Virus record (IMG/VR): IMGVR_UViG_3300044470_000123
Span: 4,106-68,105 of that record
Reading direction: 5' to 3' (one strand)
From: a virus
DNA: 64,000 bases
The notes under the pieces were generated by a model. It saw nothing but the letters and a program-made list of their open reading frames with translations, was not told the origin of the DNA and did no database searches. The translations under genes and the position numbers were made by a program. Positions within the stretch are counted from its first letter, which is position 1; each line of letters starts with the position of its first letter. Positions 23,701-31,894 of this stretch are shown here, in pieces.

Positions 23701-25564
23701 CTCCAAAAGGATCCTTCACAGGTACTGATACTACTTCGTTCTGTATACTAAATCTAAGATTAAAAGGATCCACCGTACTAAGTATATCATCTATAATAGT
23801 CATCGTATAACTTTTTGGATCCTTAATCACAGGCTGTAGTATACAATTTATCTGTGCAAAAGGAGTATATGATACCTTAAGAGACTGTAAATTCTCTGTA
23901 ACTGATTGATTTAAAAGGGTAACTTTACCTGTCAAATAAGATAAAGTGAAATCTACACCCTCTACTAATATCTTTATTCCAGATCCTGTGCTAGCTCCTG
24001 CTGTGGTCATATAACTCTTAGTTATAGTTACAGAAGACTCTATGACAGGATACTCAGAAGTACGTAGAGTACTTAAATTAAGCTTCTCATCTACTACATC
24101 TTCCCCTTCAACGAAATAAGATACTAACACACACTCGCTTGGCTTAAGAGGCTTAGCAAGTTTGATAGCCCCACTAGTATACTCGATAGTATAATCTGTG
24201 CCGTTTATTAGATCGTTTTGGTCTATATCCTCAAAGAAAATAGGACTATTTATACCTGTTAGCCCTGCTATCCCATAAGGTAGAACTAAGTTACTTTTAT
24301 CTGAAGACTGTATCCCTGTCGTACCTTTAACTACACTTATCCCATCCCACAGTAGATTTTTACTATAAATTATGTTTTGGACTACAGTCTCTAGATTTTG
24401 ATGTTTTATAAAATTTACTATACCATTATCATACTCTACATTATAGTCAAAAAATCTATTTTTTATCTCTTCACCTACTTTAACTTCTAATCCTTTATAC
24501 TCTGTATTACCATCATATAGTATAGCATTAGGGTATATGTTTGTTACAGCCTTGCCTATTGCTGTAGGAGTAATAGGAGTTTCGTGTATATTAAAAAGTC
24601 CTTGAAAATTTTGATCTATACTATTTATCTGTGTAACATTATCTAGCTCACTAAGGAATTTTAAATAGGCTACTGTCCTATCTTTATAAGGAGGCTTAGC
24701 ACTAGTATAATCTGGATCCATTTGGTAGTTTACAGTGTAGTCTATATCCTTAGTTTTCTTGGCTAGGTTATTAGGTGGACCGTAGAAAACTTGAAAATTC
24801 TGATCATCATCAGGATACGGTATAGGTATAAGAGCTAACTCTTCTGTATCTACTACTAATTTAGAAGATAAAATCTTTTGACCGTAAGACTCTTTAGGAT
24901 CGATAGCTGTTGTATCTACAGATGTTATATCTGGAGCTGTTTTAGTAGTAGACTTTAAAAAAGTAAACTCTAGCGGATCACCTAAAATATACTGCTTTTT
25001 TACAGGGGTAGCTACTAGAGGACCACTTGGCTGGATCCCTGTATATCTCCAGTCATTATTATTTTTATCATAATAGAACTTATTAGCTCCTGAAGGACTA
25101 GATATGTACTCAAAATAAGTGCTATTTAACTTGATTTTTCTAGCCTGGAATGTGCAAGTACCTGTCTCACTGGTATTCGGATCTTGAAGATATATAGTAG
25201 ATAGGTCTTTAGACATACCTGTTACATTATAAAATACTTCTGAGCCGTCTGCCCTTATGATATCTCCAAATATTAGGGAGTCAGCTGGCTGTAATCCATT
25301 TAGCCCTGTTACATTGGTTATTTTTCTATCGTTTATAGTATAAGTTCCTGATCCCTCAATAATGCTACCTCGCACAGCTCCTTGTATAAGATAATCAGTA
25401 TTTACATCTCTTTCCCCAGTATAGATGTAACCGTCAGATCCTATCCCTGTGCAACCTATATCTATAGTTCTAGATGTAGGTCTATTCTTAGTGCCAACTC
25501 TTGGGTTTCGGACTACCGTATTCTCTAAATCGATAGATGTGTAATTAAAGAAGTCTAGATTCAT
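14792..25564 (-). CDS. Giant 3590-aa virion (baseplate/fibre) protein
   Basis: Uninterrupted ORF; repeated L-x-E/N-G-x-D-Y-T-I-x-Y..G beta modules and repeated Y-x-T-I-x-D-L..AIN units; baseplate context. Confidence 0.75.
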   Translation of the reverse strand: MNLDFFNYTSIDLENTVVRNPRVGTKNRPTSRTIDIGCTGIGSDGYIYTGERDVNTDYLIQGAVRGSIIEGSGTYTINDRKITNVTGLNGLQPADSLIFGDIIRADGSEVFYNVTGMSKDLSTIYLQDPNTSETGTCTFQARKIKLNSTYFEYISSPSGANKFYYDKNNNDWRYTGIQPSGPLVATPVKKQYILGDPLEFTFLKSTTKTAPDITSVDTTAIDPKESYGQKILSSKLVVDTEELALIPIPYPDDDQNFQVFYGPPNNLAKKTKDIDYTVNYQMDPDYTSAKPPYKDRTVAYLKFLSELDNVTQINSIDQNFQGLFNIHETPITPTAIGKAVTNIYPNAILYDGNTEYKGLEVKVGEEIKNRFFDYNVEYDNGIVNFIKHQNLETVVQNIIYSKNLLWDGISVVKGTTGIQSSDKSNLVLPYGIAGLTGINSPIFFEDIDQNDLINGTDYTIEYTSGAIKLAKPLKPSECVLVSYFVEGEDVVDEKLNLSTLRTSEYPVIESSVTITKSYMTTAGASTGSGIKILVEGVDFTLSYLTGKVTLLNQSVTENLQSLKVSYTPFAQINCILQPVIKDPKSYTMTIIDDILSTVDPFNLRFSIQNEVVSVPVKDPFGENPTTYSGSILPNSLLSVKGFGEPGYGLNNLTVNQMIDLGMTGLESLGLDTKLGLTVDAFYAIGITGIIELGLTPGKSLDYNTTNYTYKDDTKILALDNKYNINIPRPDLNDLILATYSFVSDVLPYAPIQTIFPIFNQDESSFIIEGYDKTDIIVPGMIFRIDNFDPEDSYYFKVANVIYDGYNTTVYLTGSFPEDIRKPSFYLFDDIVQWHSFPTGTKVDSNVSVGSNTLSLTGNLLQISQLIKNNSLIQLDNLNIYRAISKAVVNDTIQIGIFPNLLEGQYSDIKITDSIYQVGDTSLISEYPVIIDPPHPAFSLRYVAPTNAIYGTATIFIDAEKITLSEVVDDVTATYIFYFQNYGSIRDMVDAIVTTKSTIDPKYIYNIGPFTLLSKEGAEQYYIGSGFWGTEIIQPFTGSVPVVIPDEGYLFTISQEMYKYILINTTQGAQNFLVKKKDVTSYFSSGELLSFISKATGSLSFYEIGSVTLITADTQINFADSFTENMIDPYIYKYDSVNWIDTDSVGFSVSDNTITFSVNSQYFRIGSLLKIDSKYVYQIQNIEVGGFSVTITVNKTINTLIRGVEKVLVSDMPIYLSGVSPQDYFNIDYTLPAGRSGGATIYIDDRYITVTETLDGSTSVTKQIDMFRYGNLVQIASALSRLSLTVSGSIFVGLTDDQEDKYLALGNKAALAPTVVPVPLSTSIKIDISAFRINYTSPDSTVASEILLPPGVDYLVINEWKKSDKTNTLVAHTVIFSGKTLDQITTEISSLSSIIIGQTPWSIDQKDYDTFYGSSSIVYYTIVQASDSIAKSFPYSIKVIVNPEFWYQVPILNRNLLKEGKDYSIEGTHAELVTPISISERYELSYLGLDDLAEDSGSSIACSCRYFNSIPKGYQINVYMDYLNVDQYYVQKLTERAFLEIVTVPQIKDLLQQAGESAGIGNDSGSDNPPAVYQGGLTDLYYALKDELIKKAIYLKLFAWYKQRLRNFAAEAQLILGLKYGHSTFVGVLPNGQFTLQDAYVENNNYTLTTLSDIAQINNGFSKFFPVGYNDPAPQPYPRFEDTYQSYNQVFCYNIQYLDTTGKFIRNEGRVLSIKPYWANIVDSTTTFSSLDFDMLPYTQDTSFIKDVNGNPLYTIPYDQEEKHFRVTDTNFKFLERIAVGDQVQLNSFKTFYDIDTVTQVDPTSLITSEGPVEEIMFGSGATGTFIGQPLFYGNISDPNDPNYSPVYGIYKQQDPTKRFYVTSAEAKAGLLGGVPVLRQSDQGYTGINPSGPNAASNPIIGLGYTPENITTYEKLILKNGEYFTEPNIQTFAMHQSGDTKVAGTDYGWIYEYTKKNIIGIPVSYTKTLFEFECELPKDGQNINVKRVSSNDFPISFPAYDDEYNLGVKAIGSKLMDQKTGSDTIVKTFDLSDFLGINVGDDKTFTVYEGTYNDLTGLWQARDTINIVTTPLNYFDERSVTRILETIKYGVDGYSLPVPFPPFIIKISNIRDKKAQSGADKLFYISFDKKYEANESSLGYYESIVFRARDRNSWVTFNTADDASNITRDYGFSDPSIFTNFYYPNNLYLKLLIEKQNWLVELNIVKDLFDTSDKLKRAFNLSGVSATTSGPSEFLSYLLQISEDSTVSNINTSINSYAEHLRFLLDSSDTSHKYLIYNTSGPLYRTMMEIGGTTDTDPIHKSYTQAAAAFSNYTNFQGESNLYSSLNNFYYSMWQTQFIKWVLSLEAGSVFQKQAKQAYDLSSAFDVGIETYPAIKLSVIDQTTVSDAKYLVTYNLLATSNSESDEYDDATLLISYQISGSISPIVKSFVLSVYPTLQDLVNAINTQCVNYILAASVFDYFPYRDYSPRYILRNYRSLNNNDSNGPDISISTGGWTILSKDPSIDDRLYVSNVSDHRNYDSRVLFLSRKSISSDTIVSTSSGEVDIAFPNYAESTGKEILGPNKMGPLPVTGKWAEDIIDPINGDTVDYTTELNVLEVTPLSPDDMVIDYEFLGVSSGQDSSVQDTLMYPNYETSPEDLEALGYSYQTKMISEVEPDISEFNQYVSTSDKAADKDNKANFNALLKIVNSVSSTPPPTEILRYLRIRLRVDVSNIGNFRDISFIFTLRQYSTIDELKYALENNRYTIPVNSNTAVLSSTGAQYFTVNYPTGATKTLQGSMKTIDLFSQYVKQTIEVDSHLYYEPEGVYDILSSPVTIQQFIPVTETISSTTGNNFQVGWMLQGQDIIGDRLIKFRIDPKTYSPGTTYRFIPNNPKNSREANLFSQNIKQDILAFDIYSWDNSAAYKIQDNILYLKSASIPETGDLSVSIPLYKTENLDITIDHPEETYKLIDVIRLINNNGLCNQWFFANLRFGREYNSDYEYTYFPNTVQWVGGDGWVSIEKAQLDSLYLDVDNVFTIQSEGNNASYYVTSTDPLPPILDPSVVYKSSLLTIQADTRAFMIVPNTVDYDIVSSSYTVNTVLETMILNALYQTFVSGTATYDTTTFTINTLITAINGGGIFSASLALGMNGALSATTLVESINMSLPGTIYANDGITIRAAIILTMASSSYTGTQYSKPANILSLGYIQTINSNVSHTVDLSVNTTINEVITDINGYDPILGEPLFNANLTWISGSDDSSLLINGTINISIGGTFVRMLGSYSYDLSDQYLISDVVSAINSTTSMTGFSAIGLDTPEYLGYNSLLANLLIPTVSPISFTGTSLLRFDFRSTVGLNVLNMSHTVNINNGVIDPSGEASTCIIDQSGIFSCTKNTKHKNDLFIGNTYTQNIVDKNINKFRMNAMNIDGYLEQLPMYPNFSYAYGILNMDIALLSAGSVSFGKLQAVSKNLGVNDPESAGLNTHVYFGFLGDIRFYQISDYSLWKQYILIRRRLGMPWYKDNNGNFLPDYYVPNSDYSFGNFEYSLNLVENGKFLYYLKYQRFSEIINSLNSEDLYNNKYMWLFLKFHREIGCDQKSIAIQNRINQDKTKALELS

Positions 25565-25582
25565 TTTATATTTTATCCTTTA

Positions 25583-26200
25583 TTAGCTTATCTTTGAAAA
25601 TACAGTTGGTATAGAAGTAGCTACTAACGGTCCAGTAGGAGGCACAGGGGCTACTGCTCCTACTGCTGTAACAGCAAAAGTAGCTGAAGTTTGTAGATGT
25701 TGCACTATACCTGCTGATACCATATCCGCTAATTTTGACATATCTCTCCCGGTATATCCTACTGAGGCTAGAGATGCTTTTAAAATCGATCCTAGCGCAT
25801 TCTGGTTAATACCAGTCAATGTGGCTGTCCCACCCCCTACGGCTAGACCTACTGTAGTCCCGCTTAAAACCATAGTCAATAACTGCGTAGAAACGCCGTT
25901 AGAGATAGCTTGAGCTAGTTTAGTCATATCACGCCCTGTAAAACCGCTAGAAGCACCCTGAGCAACCATCAAACCCTGCATAACGTTGGGGACTATCCCT
26001 AAAACAGATAAATTAGTAACAGACCCTACAGGTCCTACTGTACCAGTTAAAGTCGCTGTAGCCATATTAGGCACCGACAGGTGCATAAATACGGCTCTTC
26101 CAACAGCATCAGCTAATTTTCCCATATCCCTGCCAGTGAATCCCACTAAAGCCATAAACCCTTTAATAGAAGATGCTATGGATACTGCTGTTATAGGCAT
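25583..26200 (-). CDS. Gly/Ala-rich three-repeat protein next to the spike; likely start ATG 26200 (MPITAVS)
   Basis: Three G(F/Y)TGRDMxKLA repeats; the upstream extension given by the ORF track overlaps the spike gene. Confidence 0.65.
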   Translation of the reverse strand: MPITAVSIASSIKGFMALVGFTGRDMGKLADAVGRAVFMHLSVPNMATATLTGTVGPVGSVTNLSVLGIVPNVMQGLMVAQGASSGFTGRDMTKLAQAISNGVSTQLLTMVLSGTTVGLAVGGGTATLTGINQNALGSILKASLASVGYTGRDMSKLADMVSAGIVQHLQTSATFAVTAVGAVAPVPPTGPLVATSIPTVFSKIS

Positions 26201-26213
26201 AAAAAATAATACC

Positions 26214-28232
26214 TTATGCTGAAACCGTTGGCTGACCAATATGATTAACACCAGTAATATAACAACTTGATGTATTCTTAGTAATAACACTACTAGTAGG
26301 TAATGTAGTTTTTAAATCTATCTTAAGTCCCTCTAAACTTGCTGCAGCATTAGTTTTAATCTGTACTCCTAAACTAGAGTCAGATGTCATTTTACCTGCT
26401 GAAGTCTTCATAGTTATACTGCCTAAATTAGTCTTATGAGATATATTACCTTGAGTCAAAACATTAACTGTAAAATCTCCTTGAGATGTTTGAAAAGATC
26501 TTTTACCCGTAGTAGATATGTTTTCTGTTATATCTCCTAAAGTAATATTAGTAGTTCGGTTACCTTGAACTTGTATGGTCTCTTTTATATTACCTGTAGT
26601 ACTTATAAGTATCTCATGTGACCCTTTAATACAAGATATTTTTTTAGAGCCTAAGTTCTCCTGAGCCTCATTAGATACAGCTAAAGTATAGGTGTCCCCC
26701 ACATTCACATTCCTATTAGTGCCTACGAAAGTACTAAAGAAACCTTCTATCTTCTCTTTCTTCATACCCTTTATATCGAAAGTATCTCCACCTGATATTA
26801 TAGTCTCTCTGGAACCTAGAACTTCTTTTCTTTCATAACCACCTACTTTTTCTATTTTTTTATACTTAGATATATCATCCAATACTTTATCTGGCTGTTC
26901 AAAGTCATAGATAGTACTTTCAGGAGAAGATCCGTATTGGAAATAGGCTCTATCATTAGTCTCTATGTGTATACTTGTAGAGTTTAAAGATCTATTATTG
27001 ATATCAGAATCATTATGATTACCTGATATAACCCACTTTAGACCACCTTTAAGTGTTAGATCCCACGCATTACCTAAAGTATCATCTGCTCCCCATATCT
27101 CTTTTTTATTACCTTCTGCTAAGATAGACATAGATCTACCTTTACCTAAACCTCCACCAGAAGCTCCAGGTATAAACTGGTAGAAATGCCCTTCTTTGTC
27201 GATACCAAAAAATGCTCCTTTACCTTCGTAGTTTTCACGAGTAGGAGCATACATCATTAAAGCCATACCATATTTTTCAGGCTGATCTTTTATAAGTGGT
27301 ACGAAGGAAAAAGACCCATCTGTAGAATCATGTGATCCAAATAGATTTACTCCTAATAGCTTTCCATATGTGTTAGGTTTAGTAGAGTTGTTACCTGCAA
27401 AATTACCCATACAAAATATTGCTACAGGTCTACGCATTTCTGGATTAAAATCATAGTTCATGTCATTTATAGGAAGTTTAGAAGATCCTTGGTCTTCTAC
27501 TTCTATAAGATACTCTGAATAGTACTTGCTAAATTCGCTAGAGTCTTCTGGCTTTAGCTGATAAGCTATCCTACCGTCTCTTAGCGTGTGTTTAAAAGCG
27601 AAGTGATCATCATCTGCATTAGGTTTACCTAAAGAATTCCTTTGGATTATACCAGCATTTAACCATACTCCACTAGAAAATAAAGAGTTGGTTAAAGATG
27701 TAGATATTATAGAGTGATCTGAACTTCTAAGTATTAAAGAGTCTCCGTAGGCGTCTTCTAAAGATGTATCATAACTTAATAGTATCTCAGATCCTTCTCC
27801 TGATCCTAAATTTATTTCCCCTGGGCGTAGTAGTCTATGCCTATAAAAAAGGTCATTATCTACAGATTGTACAGTATCAGGCCATTTTTTAACATGTTGT
27901 TGATCTATAGCATATAGGTGCATTGGTATATATGCTATTGGATATACTGTCTCAAATTCATTGTTTACACCTAATACCACTAAAGACCCTTTTTCTGGCA
28001 TACCTGATATAAAAGATGAAGTACCTGCAAAAGGTTGTGTTATGGGTATATTAAGGATAGTAGTATCTTTAAATCTGGTTTGAACAGACATGGTCTGTCG
28101 TTCTATATCTACATCTACTACTTCAGCTACCCAAATATTGATATCAAGTTTCTGCATAGATGCAGGGGGACGAGCACCTTCAGGTAACTTAAAACCCCTA
28201 TGCTGAAATGCTTGTATTAGTTTTTCGTTCAT
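26214..28232 (-). CDS. Central baseplate spike (gp5/VgrG-like)
   Basis: N-terminal OB-fold-like AEVVDVD...GMPEKGSLVVLG; C-terminal beta-helix-type repeats (VGTNRNVNVGDTYTL, VQGNRTTNITLG). Confidence 0.75.
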   Translation of the reverse strand: MNEKLIQAFQHRGFKLPEGARPPASMQKLDINIWVAEVVDVDIERQTMSVQTRFKDTTILNIPITQPFAGTSSFISGMPEKGSLVVLGVNNEFETVYPIAYIPMHLYAIDQQHVKKWPDTVQSVDNDLFYRHRLLRPGEINLGSGEGSEILLSYDTSLEDAYGDSLILRSSDHSIISTSLTNSLFSSGVWLNAGIIQRNSLGKPNADDDHFAFKHTLRDGRIAYQLKPEDSSEFSKYYSEYLIEVEDQGSSKLPINDMNYDFNPEMRRPVAIFCMGNFAGNNSTKPNTYGKLLGVNLFGSHDSTDGSFSFVPLIKDQPEKYGMALMMYAPTRENYEGKGAFFGIDKEGHFYQFIPGASGGGLGKGRSMSILAEGNKKEIWGADDTLGNAWDLTLKGGLKWVISGNHNDSDINNRSLNSTSIHIETNDRAYFQYGSSPESTIYDFEQPDKVLDDISKYKKIEKVGGYERKEVLGSRETIISGGDTFDIKGMKKEKIEGFFSTFVGTNRNVNVGDTYTLAVSNEAQENLGSKKISCIKGSHEILISTTGNIKETIQVQGNRTTNITLGDITENISTTGKRSFQTSQGDFTVNVLTQGNISHKTNLGSITMKTSAGKMTSDSSLGVQIKTNAAASLEGLKIDLKTTLPTSSVITKNTSSCYITGVNHIGQPTVSA

Positions 28233-30553
28233 GGTTTAGCCTCTAAACTAAAAGAACCCATAGGTATTGATAAATTAATATTTCCAGTACCTGTGCCAGC
28301 AGTAATAGGGTCTGTAAGAAAATTTTTAAGTTTATCATCTGTGATAGTAGCAGTGTTTGTGTTATTAGCCGTACTATCAAATACTGGAGTATCTATATAA
28401 TCTGGTGAAGTATCATCTAATATTACATTACCATCAGAGACAGGGTCCTGTAATACTTTTCTAGCTATACTATCTGCCTGACCTGCTATATCTGAGTCAT
28501 CTTTTAAATCTATTCCATTATTTAATTTTAAATTAGCTCCATAAGGAAAAGCGCCTATGTGTCTATAACCGTTTATATCTGTGTAAGGTATAGTATTATC
28601 TGTTATCATGAGTAACTCATTTGACATTACTGATGCTTTAGAACCTGAAGCATTTGGCATAACATCAGAACTTTGTGTTATATTATTAAAAGTATTTTTT
28701 GATACTTGAGCAGGAGATATTTCATAAAGACCATTAAATTTAGGTCCTGATGTAGCCTGCGTAACTCTTTTATATGCTTCTTTAGCGTTTTGGATATCAA
28801 CATATCCTTGATTATTAAAATCTACAGAATTTGCTGCTAATTTAGTAGTTTGGTTATCTGTAGTATTATTATCACTAAAAATAGTAGCAGTAGTAACAGG
28901 GCCTTCTCTAAATCGATATACAAATCCTCTTAAAACTCTCCCTATGTTAGAATCATTAGAAGTACTTGATCCAACACTATTACCAATAGTTACTGGTATA
29001 CTACTTGTTATTTCACCAGTAGCGTCATATATACGATCTCGTCTCATTTCTAAAGATAAAGTAGTATTAGAAGATGCCCCATAAGAAAAAGTATGAGATA
29101 TCCCACTAACATAGTAATAAGCATCTATATGACTTAAGTATACTGGATACCCCAATCGTAACTCCGGTCTTAAAGGGATCGATACACTACCTGAAGTAGC
29201 TCTACCGTTTATTCTAGCCATCTCTGCTGCAGCTATAAGTCTTAAAGAATTTGCGTCATTACCATAATTTATATGTGCTTGCTGATAGCGCATACCATAT
29301 CTTACCATTAGATCAAAATCTATATGAAAACCTATCATATTTATAGATGTGCCTAGCCTTTGTAAGTTAGGAGCTGTAACCTCTAAATATGTACAGATAC
29401 TATCCGAGTTTGTAGAGGCATTAAAATTTAATACATCTGATGATTCTACAACATAATAAGGTATATCAGCCTTAGTAACATCCATATTATAAAAAGGTGG
29501 TTTAAAAACTACAGTACCATTTAAATCTAAATAAAATTCCATAGAGGTCATTTCACAAACTCTATTAGCTATATCTAATTTTGTTGCTTCTGTAGCTTGT
29601 GCTCCTGCCCCAAAAAGATTGATATCTCCGTAAGGTAGAACTCTGGCTAATAGATTATAATCTAAAGCTATATCTGCTGATACTTTTTCAGCATATTTTT
29701 TACTTATGGCATCTATACCCAAAACCTGTAACTGATCTAAAACATTCATATCATTATCAGTAATAGGCTTAGTAAGACCAAACATTTCTATAGGAACATT
29801 TTCTCCAGTAAAACTGAATCTACCTGCCCAATACTTATTTACTTCTATTGCTAAAGCTCCTATCAGTGATAGGTCCTTATTACCAAGATTAGGTTGTGTA
29901 TAAATATTAGAAAAGTTTACATTACCAAAACTATATGTAGACTTGCCATCAGCAGATTTCCACTGAGTATCTTTTAAAAGTTGATTTATAATCTGCCATG
30001 GATTTTTGTTTTCAAATATAGTAGGAAAATGTTCTATATTAGGGAATCCAGCAAGACTAGAAAATACACTAGGGTTCAAAATAAGTTTTTGATACTTCCA
30101 CCAGGATAGCATATCAGCACACTGAAGAGTAAAAGTAAAAACTCCATCATTATAATCTTCAGTTACATTAGTTATGAATCCCCAGAATGCAGGATAATAT
30201 ACAGGATTATTACGTAGTAAAAAACGACCTTTCATGTATATTTTTACTTCCATCATAGGAAGAAAATAAGATACTCTTACACCACTAGGTACTGTAACAT
30301 AATAATCTTGATGAAGACCTTTATACTTAGGTGCTACTATACTTATAGAAGCTCTTCCTGATCCTGGAGGAGACACAGCCCCATTAACAGATATAGATGT
30401 TATCCCTCCCATAGGATCTAGATTCTGCTGAGAATCTGGCTTAAGAGGTGATACTATTTTAGCGCCTACAGCTCCATTAAACAACACAAAAGCATCTGGT
30501 GCAAGTTTTATAACTTTCCTGTACTCAAAATTATTTAAATCAAAAATAGGCAT
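28229..30553 (-). CDS. Baseplate hub (gp27/GpD-like); likely start ATG 30553 (MPIFDL)
   Basis: FWGFITNVTEDY, EFYLDLNGTVVFKPPFY and LRPELRLGYPV..YYVSGISHTF match hub-family patterns. Confidence 0.75.
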   Translation of the reverse strand: MPIFDLNNFEYRKVIKLAPDAFVLFNGAVGAKIVSPLKPDSQQNLDPMGGITSISVNGAVSPPGSGRASISIVAPKYKGLHQDYYVTVPSGVRVSYFLPMMEVKIYMKGRFLLRNNPVYYPAFWGFITNVTEDYNDGVFTFTLQCADMLSWWKYQKLILNPSVFSSLAGFPNIEHFPTIFENKNPWQIINQLLKDTQWKSADGKSTYSFGNVNFSNIYTQPNLGNKDLSLIGALAIEVNKYWAGRFSFTGENVPIEMFGLTKPITDNDMNVLDQLQVLGIDAISKKYAEKVSADIALDYNLLARVLPYGDINLFGAGAQATEATKLDIANRVCEMTSMEFYLDLNGTVVFKPPFYNMDVTKADIPYYVVESSDVLNFNASTNSDSICTYLEVTAPNLQRLGTSINMIGFHIDFDLMVRYGMRYQQAHINYGNDANSLRLIAAAEMARINGRATSGSVSIPLRPELRLGYPVYLSHIDAYYYVSGISHTFSYGASSNTTLSLEMRRDRIYDATGEITSSIPVTIGNSVGSSTSNDSNIGRVLRGFVYRFREGPVTTATIFSDNNTTDNQTTKLAANSVDFNNQGYVDIQNAKEAYKRVTQATSGPKFNGLYEISPAQVSKNTFNNITQSSDVMPNASGSKASVMSNELLMITDNTIPYTDINGYRHIGAFPYGANLKLNNGIDLKDDSDIAGQADSIARKVLQDPVSDGNVILDDTSPDYIDTPVFDSTANNTNTATITDDKLKNFLTDPITAGTGTGNINLSIPMGSFSLEAKP

Positions 30554-30554
30554 T

Positions 30555-31880
30555 TTATTTTCCTTCAACATGATTAATATAGTCTTGCACAGTATTAATG
30601 CCTGGATTCTGTTTAGCAAATGTAGGATAATTAAGAGCAGGTACAATACTGCTAAATGAAGTATCAGGCGGTACATAACGAGCACTAGGGTAGAATACTG
30701 CCATATAAACAGATTGGTTTGTCGTATATTTCCACTGTGAAAGATATTTTAGCACAGGACCTCGTAACTGACTTTCAGCGTCTGGATATTGTGCAATCAA
30801 AGCATTAGAGTCACTAAATCCTAGTTTCATAGCTGTTGCTTGTGTAAATTGAATCAGACCTCGGGCACTAGATCCTTCTTTATTCTCTGCTTGTGCATCC
30901 CACCCACTTTCAAAATGAATAAGATTTATAAGAGTTTGTTGATTGATGCCTAAAGAAGAAGCAACATCCGTAATCGCCTGTTTAACTTTTTCATCAGCAA
31001 GAACTTTTTTTTCATCGCTTGTGTAATTAGCAACACTGGCAGGAGTAGATGTGGTTTCAGAATTAATGTTAGAGGCCCCATCTGTCTCATTAGTATTTGT
31101 ACTGAATATTTTTTTCAATCCTACCGTATCTAACTGAGCTATCTCATCAAAATTATATTTACCTTGTGTATGTATTGTAATATCTGTAGTATTATTATCT
31201 CCTATTCTTAAATGACCATCTACTGGCTCTCCTCTTAACCCAGATATTATAAATTCAAAATTAAAAGAAAATCTAAAAGGCATCTCTGTAGTTTCATCAA
31301 CAGTAAGATTACTAAATGAACCTAAATAATCAGTATTATCATAACTTATTTTAATTTGATCTAAAACATTAATAACTCTACCGGGGTCACTGTTAAAAAT
31401 ATCAGTATTATCTATACCGTTTTGATGACCGCTAAAAAAATAATAGCCATTGTTTTTAAAAAGACCTATAAAAGATATAAAATTTTTAAAAGATAATGAA
31501 CTTTTTCTATAATATGAGGATAGTCCTATACCATAAACATAAAAAGCTGCTGTAGATAAATTAGTTGTAAAAGTTTGTTGACTTCTTCCCCACAAAGTAG
31601 AAACCCAGCCGCTTCTTGTAAGTGCGTCTGAAGATATAAAAGTTTGACCTATAGTTAAATCAGATGGATTTATTAATAGTGTCATTGAAACACTATCTGT
31701 ATCAGAAGCCTGATTATAGATAGAAACTGTAAAAAGCTTAAAATCTACAGCTCTGGTTACTGCTGTTATATAAGGTAAATCTATAGAAGCTCCAGTAGGT
31801 TGAACAAAAAAACCTCCTCCAGAATGATTTGTTACTAAATCATTAAAAGCTTTTATAGTATTCTGAGTATCTGTAACCAT
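30555..31880 (-). CDS. Tube-initiator-like protein fused to a lytic transglycosylase (SLT) domain
   Basis: C-terminal LIHFESG...SARGLIQF (catalytic Glu plus GLxQ); N-terminus paralogous to the next gene. Confidence 0.75.
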   Translation of the reverse strand: MVTDTQNTIKAFNDLVTNHSGGGFFVQPTGASIDLPYITAVTRAVDFKLFTVSIYNQASDTDSVSMTLLINPSDLTIGQTFISSDALTRSGWVSTLWGRSQQTFTTNLSTAAFYVYGIGLSSYYRKSSLSFKNFISFIGLFKNNGYYFFSGHQNGIDNTDIFNSDPGRVINVLDQIKISYDNTDYLGSFSNLTVDETTEMPFRFSFNFEFIISGLRGEPVDGHLRIGDNNTTDITIHTQGKYNFDEIAQLDTVGLKKIFSTNTNETDGASNINSETTSTPASVANYTSDEKKVLADEKVKQAITDVASSLGINQQTLINLIHFESGWDAQAENKEGSSARGLIQFTQATAMKLGFSDSNALIAQYPDAESQLRGPVLKYLSQWKYTTNQSVYMAVFYPSARYVPPDTSFSSIVPALNYPTFAKQNPGINTVQDYINHVEGK

Positions 31881-31894
31881 TAATAATATCCTAA

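Noticed and set aside
26201-26290. Signal-peptide-like N-terminus of the 235-aa ORF
   Set aside because: Out-of-frame overlap with the spike gene end; the real start is likely 26200.
30554-30685. N-terminal extension of the hub ORF to 30685
   Set aside because: Overlaps the SLT gene; ATG 30553 has an AAGGA SD and directly follows that gene's stop.
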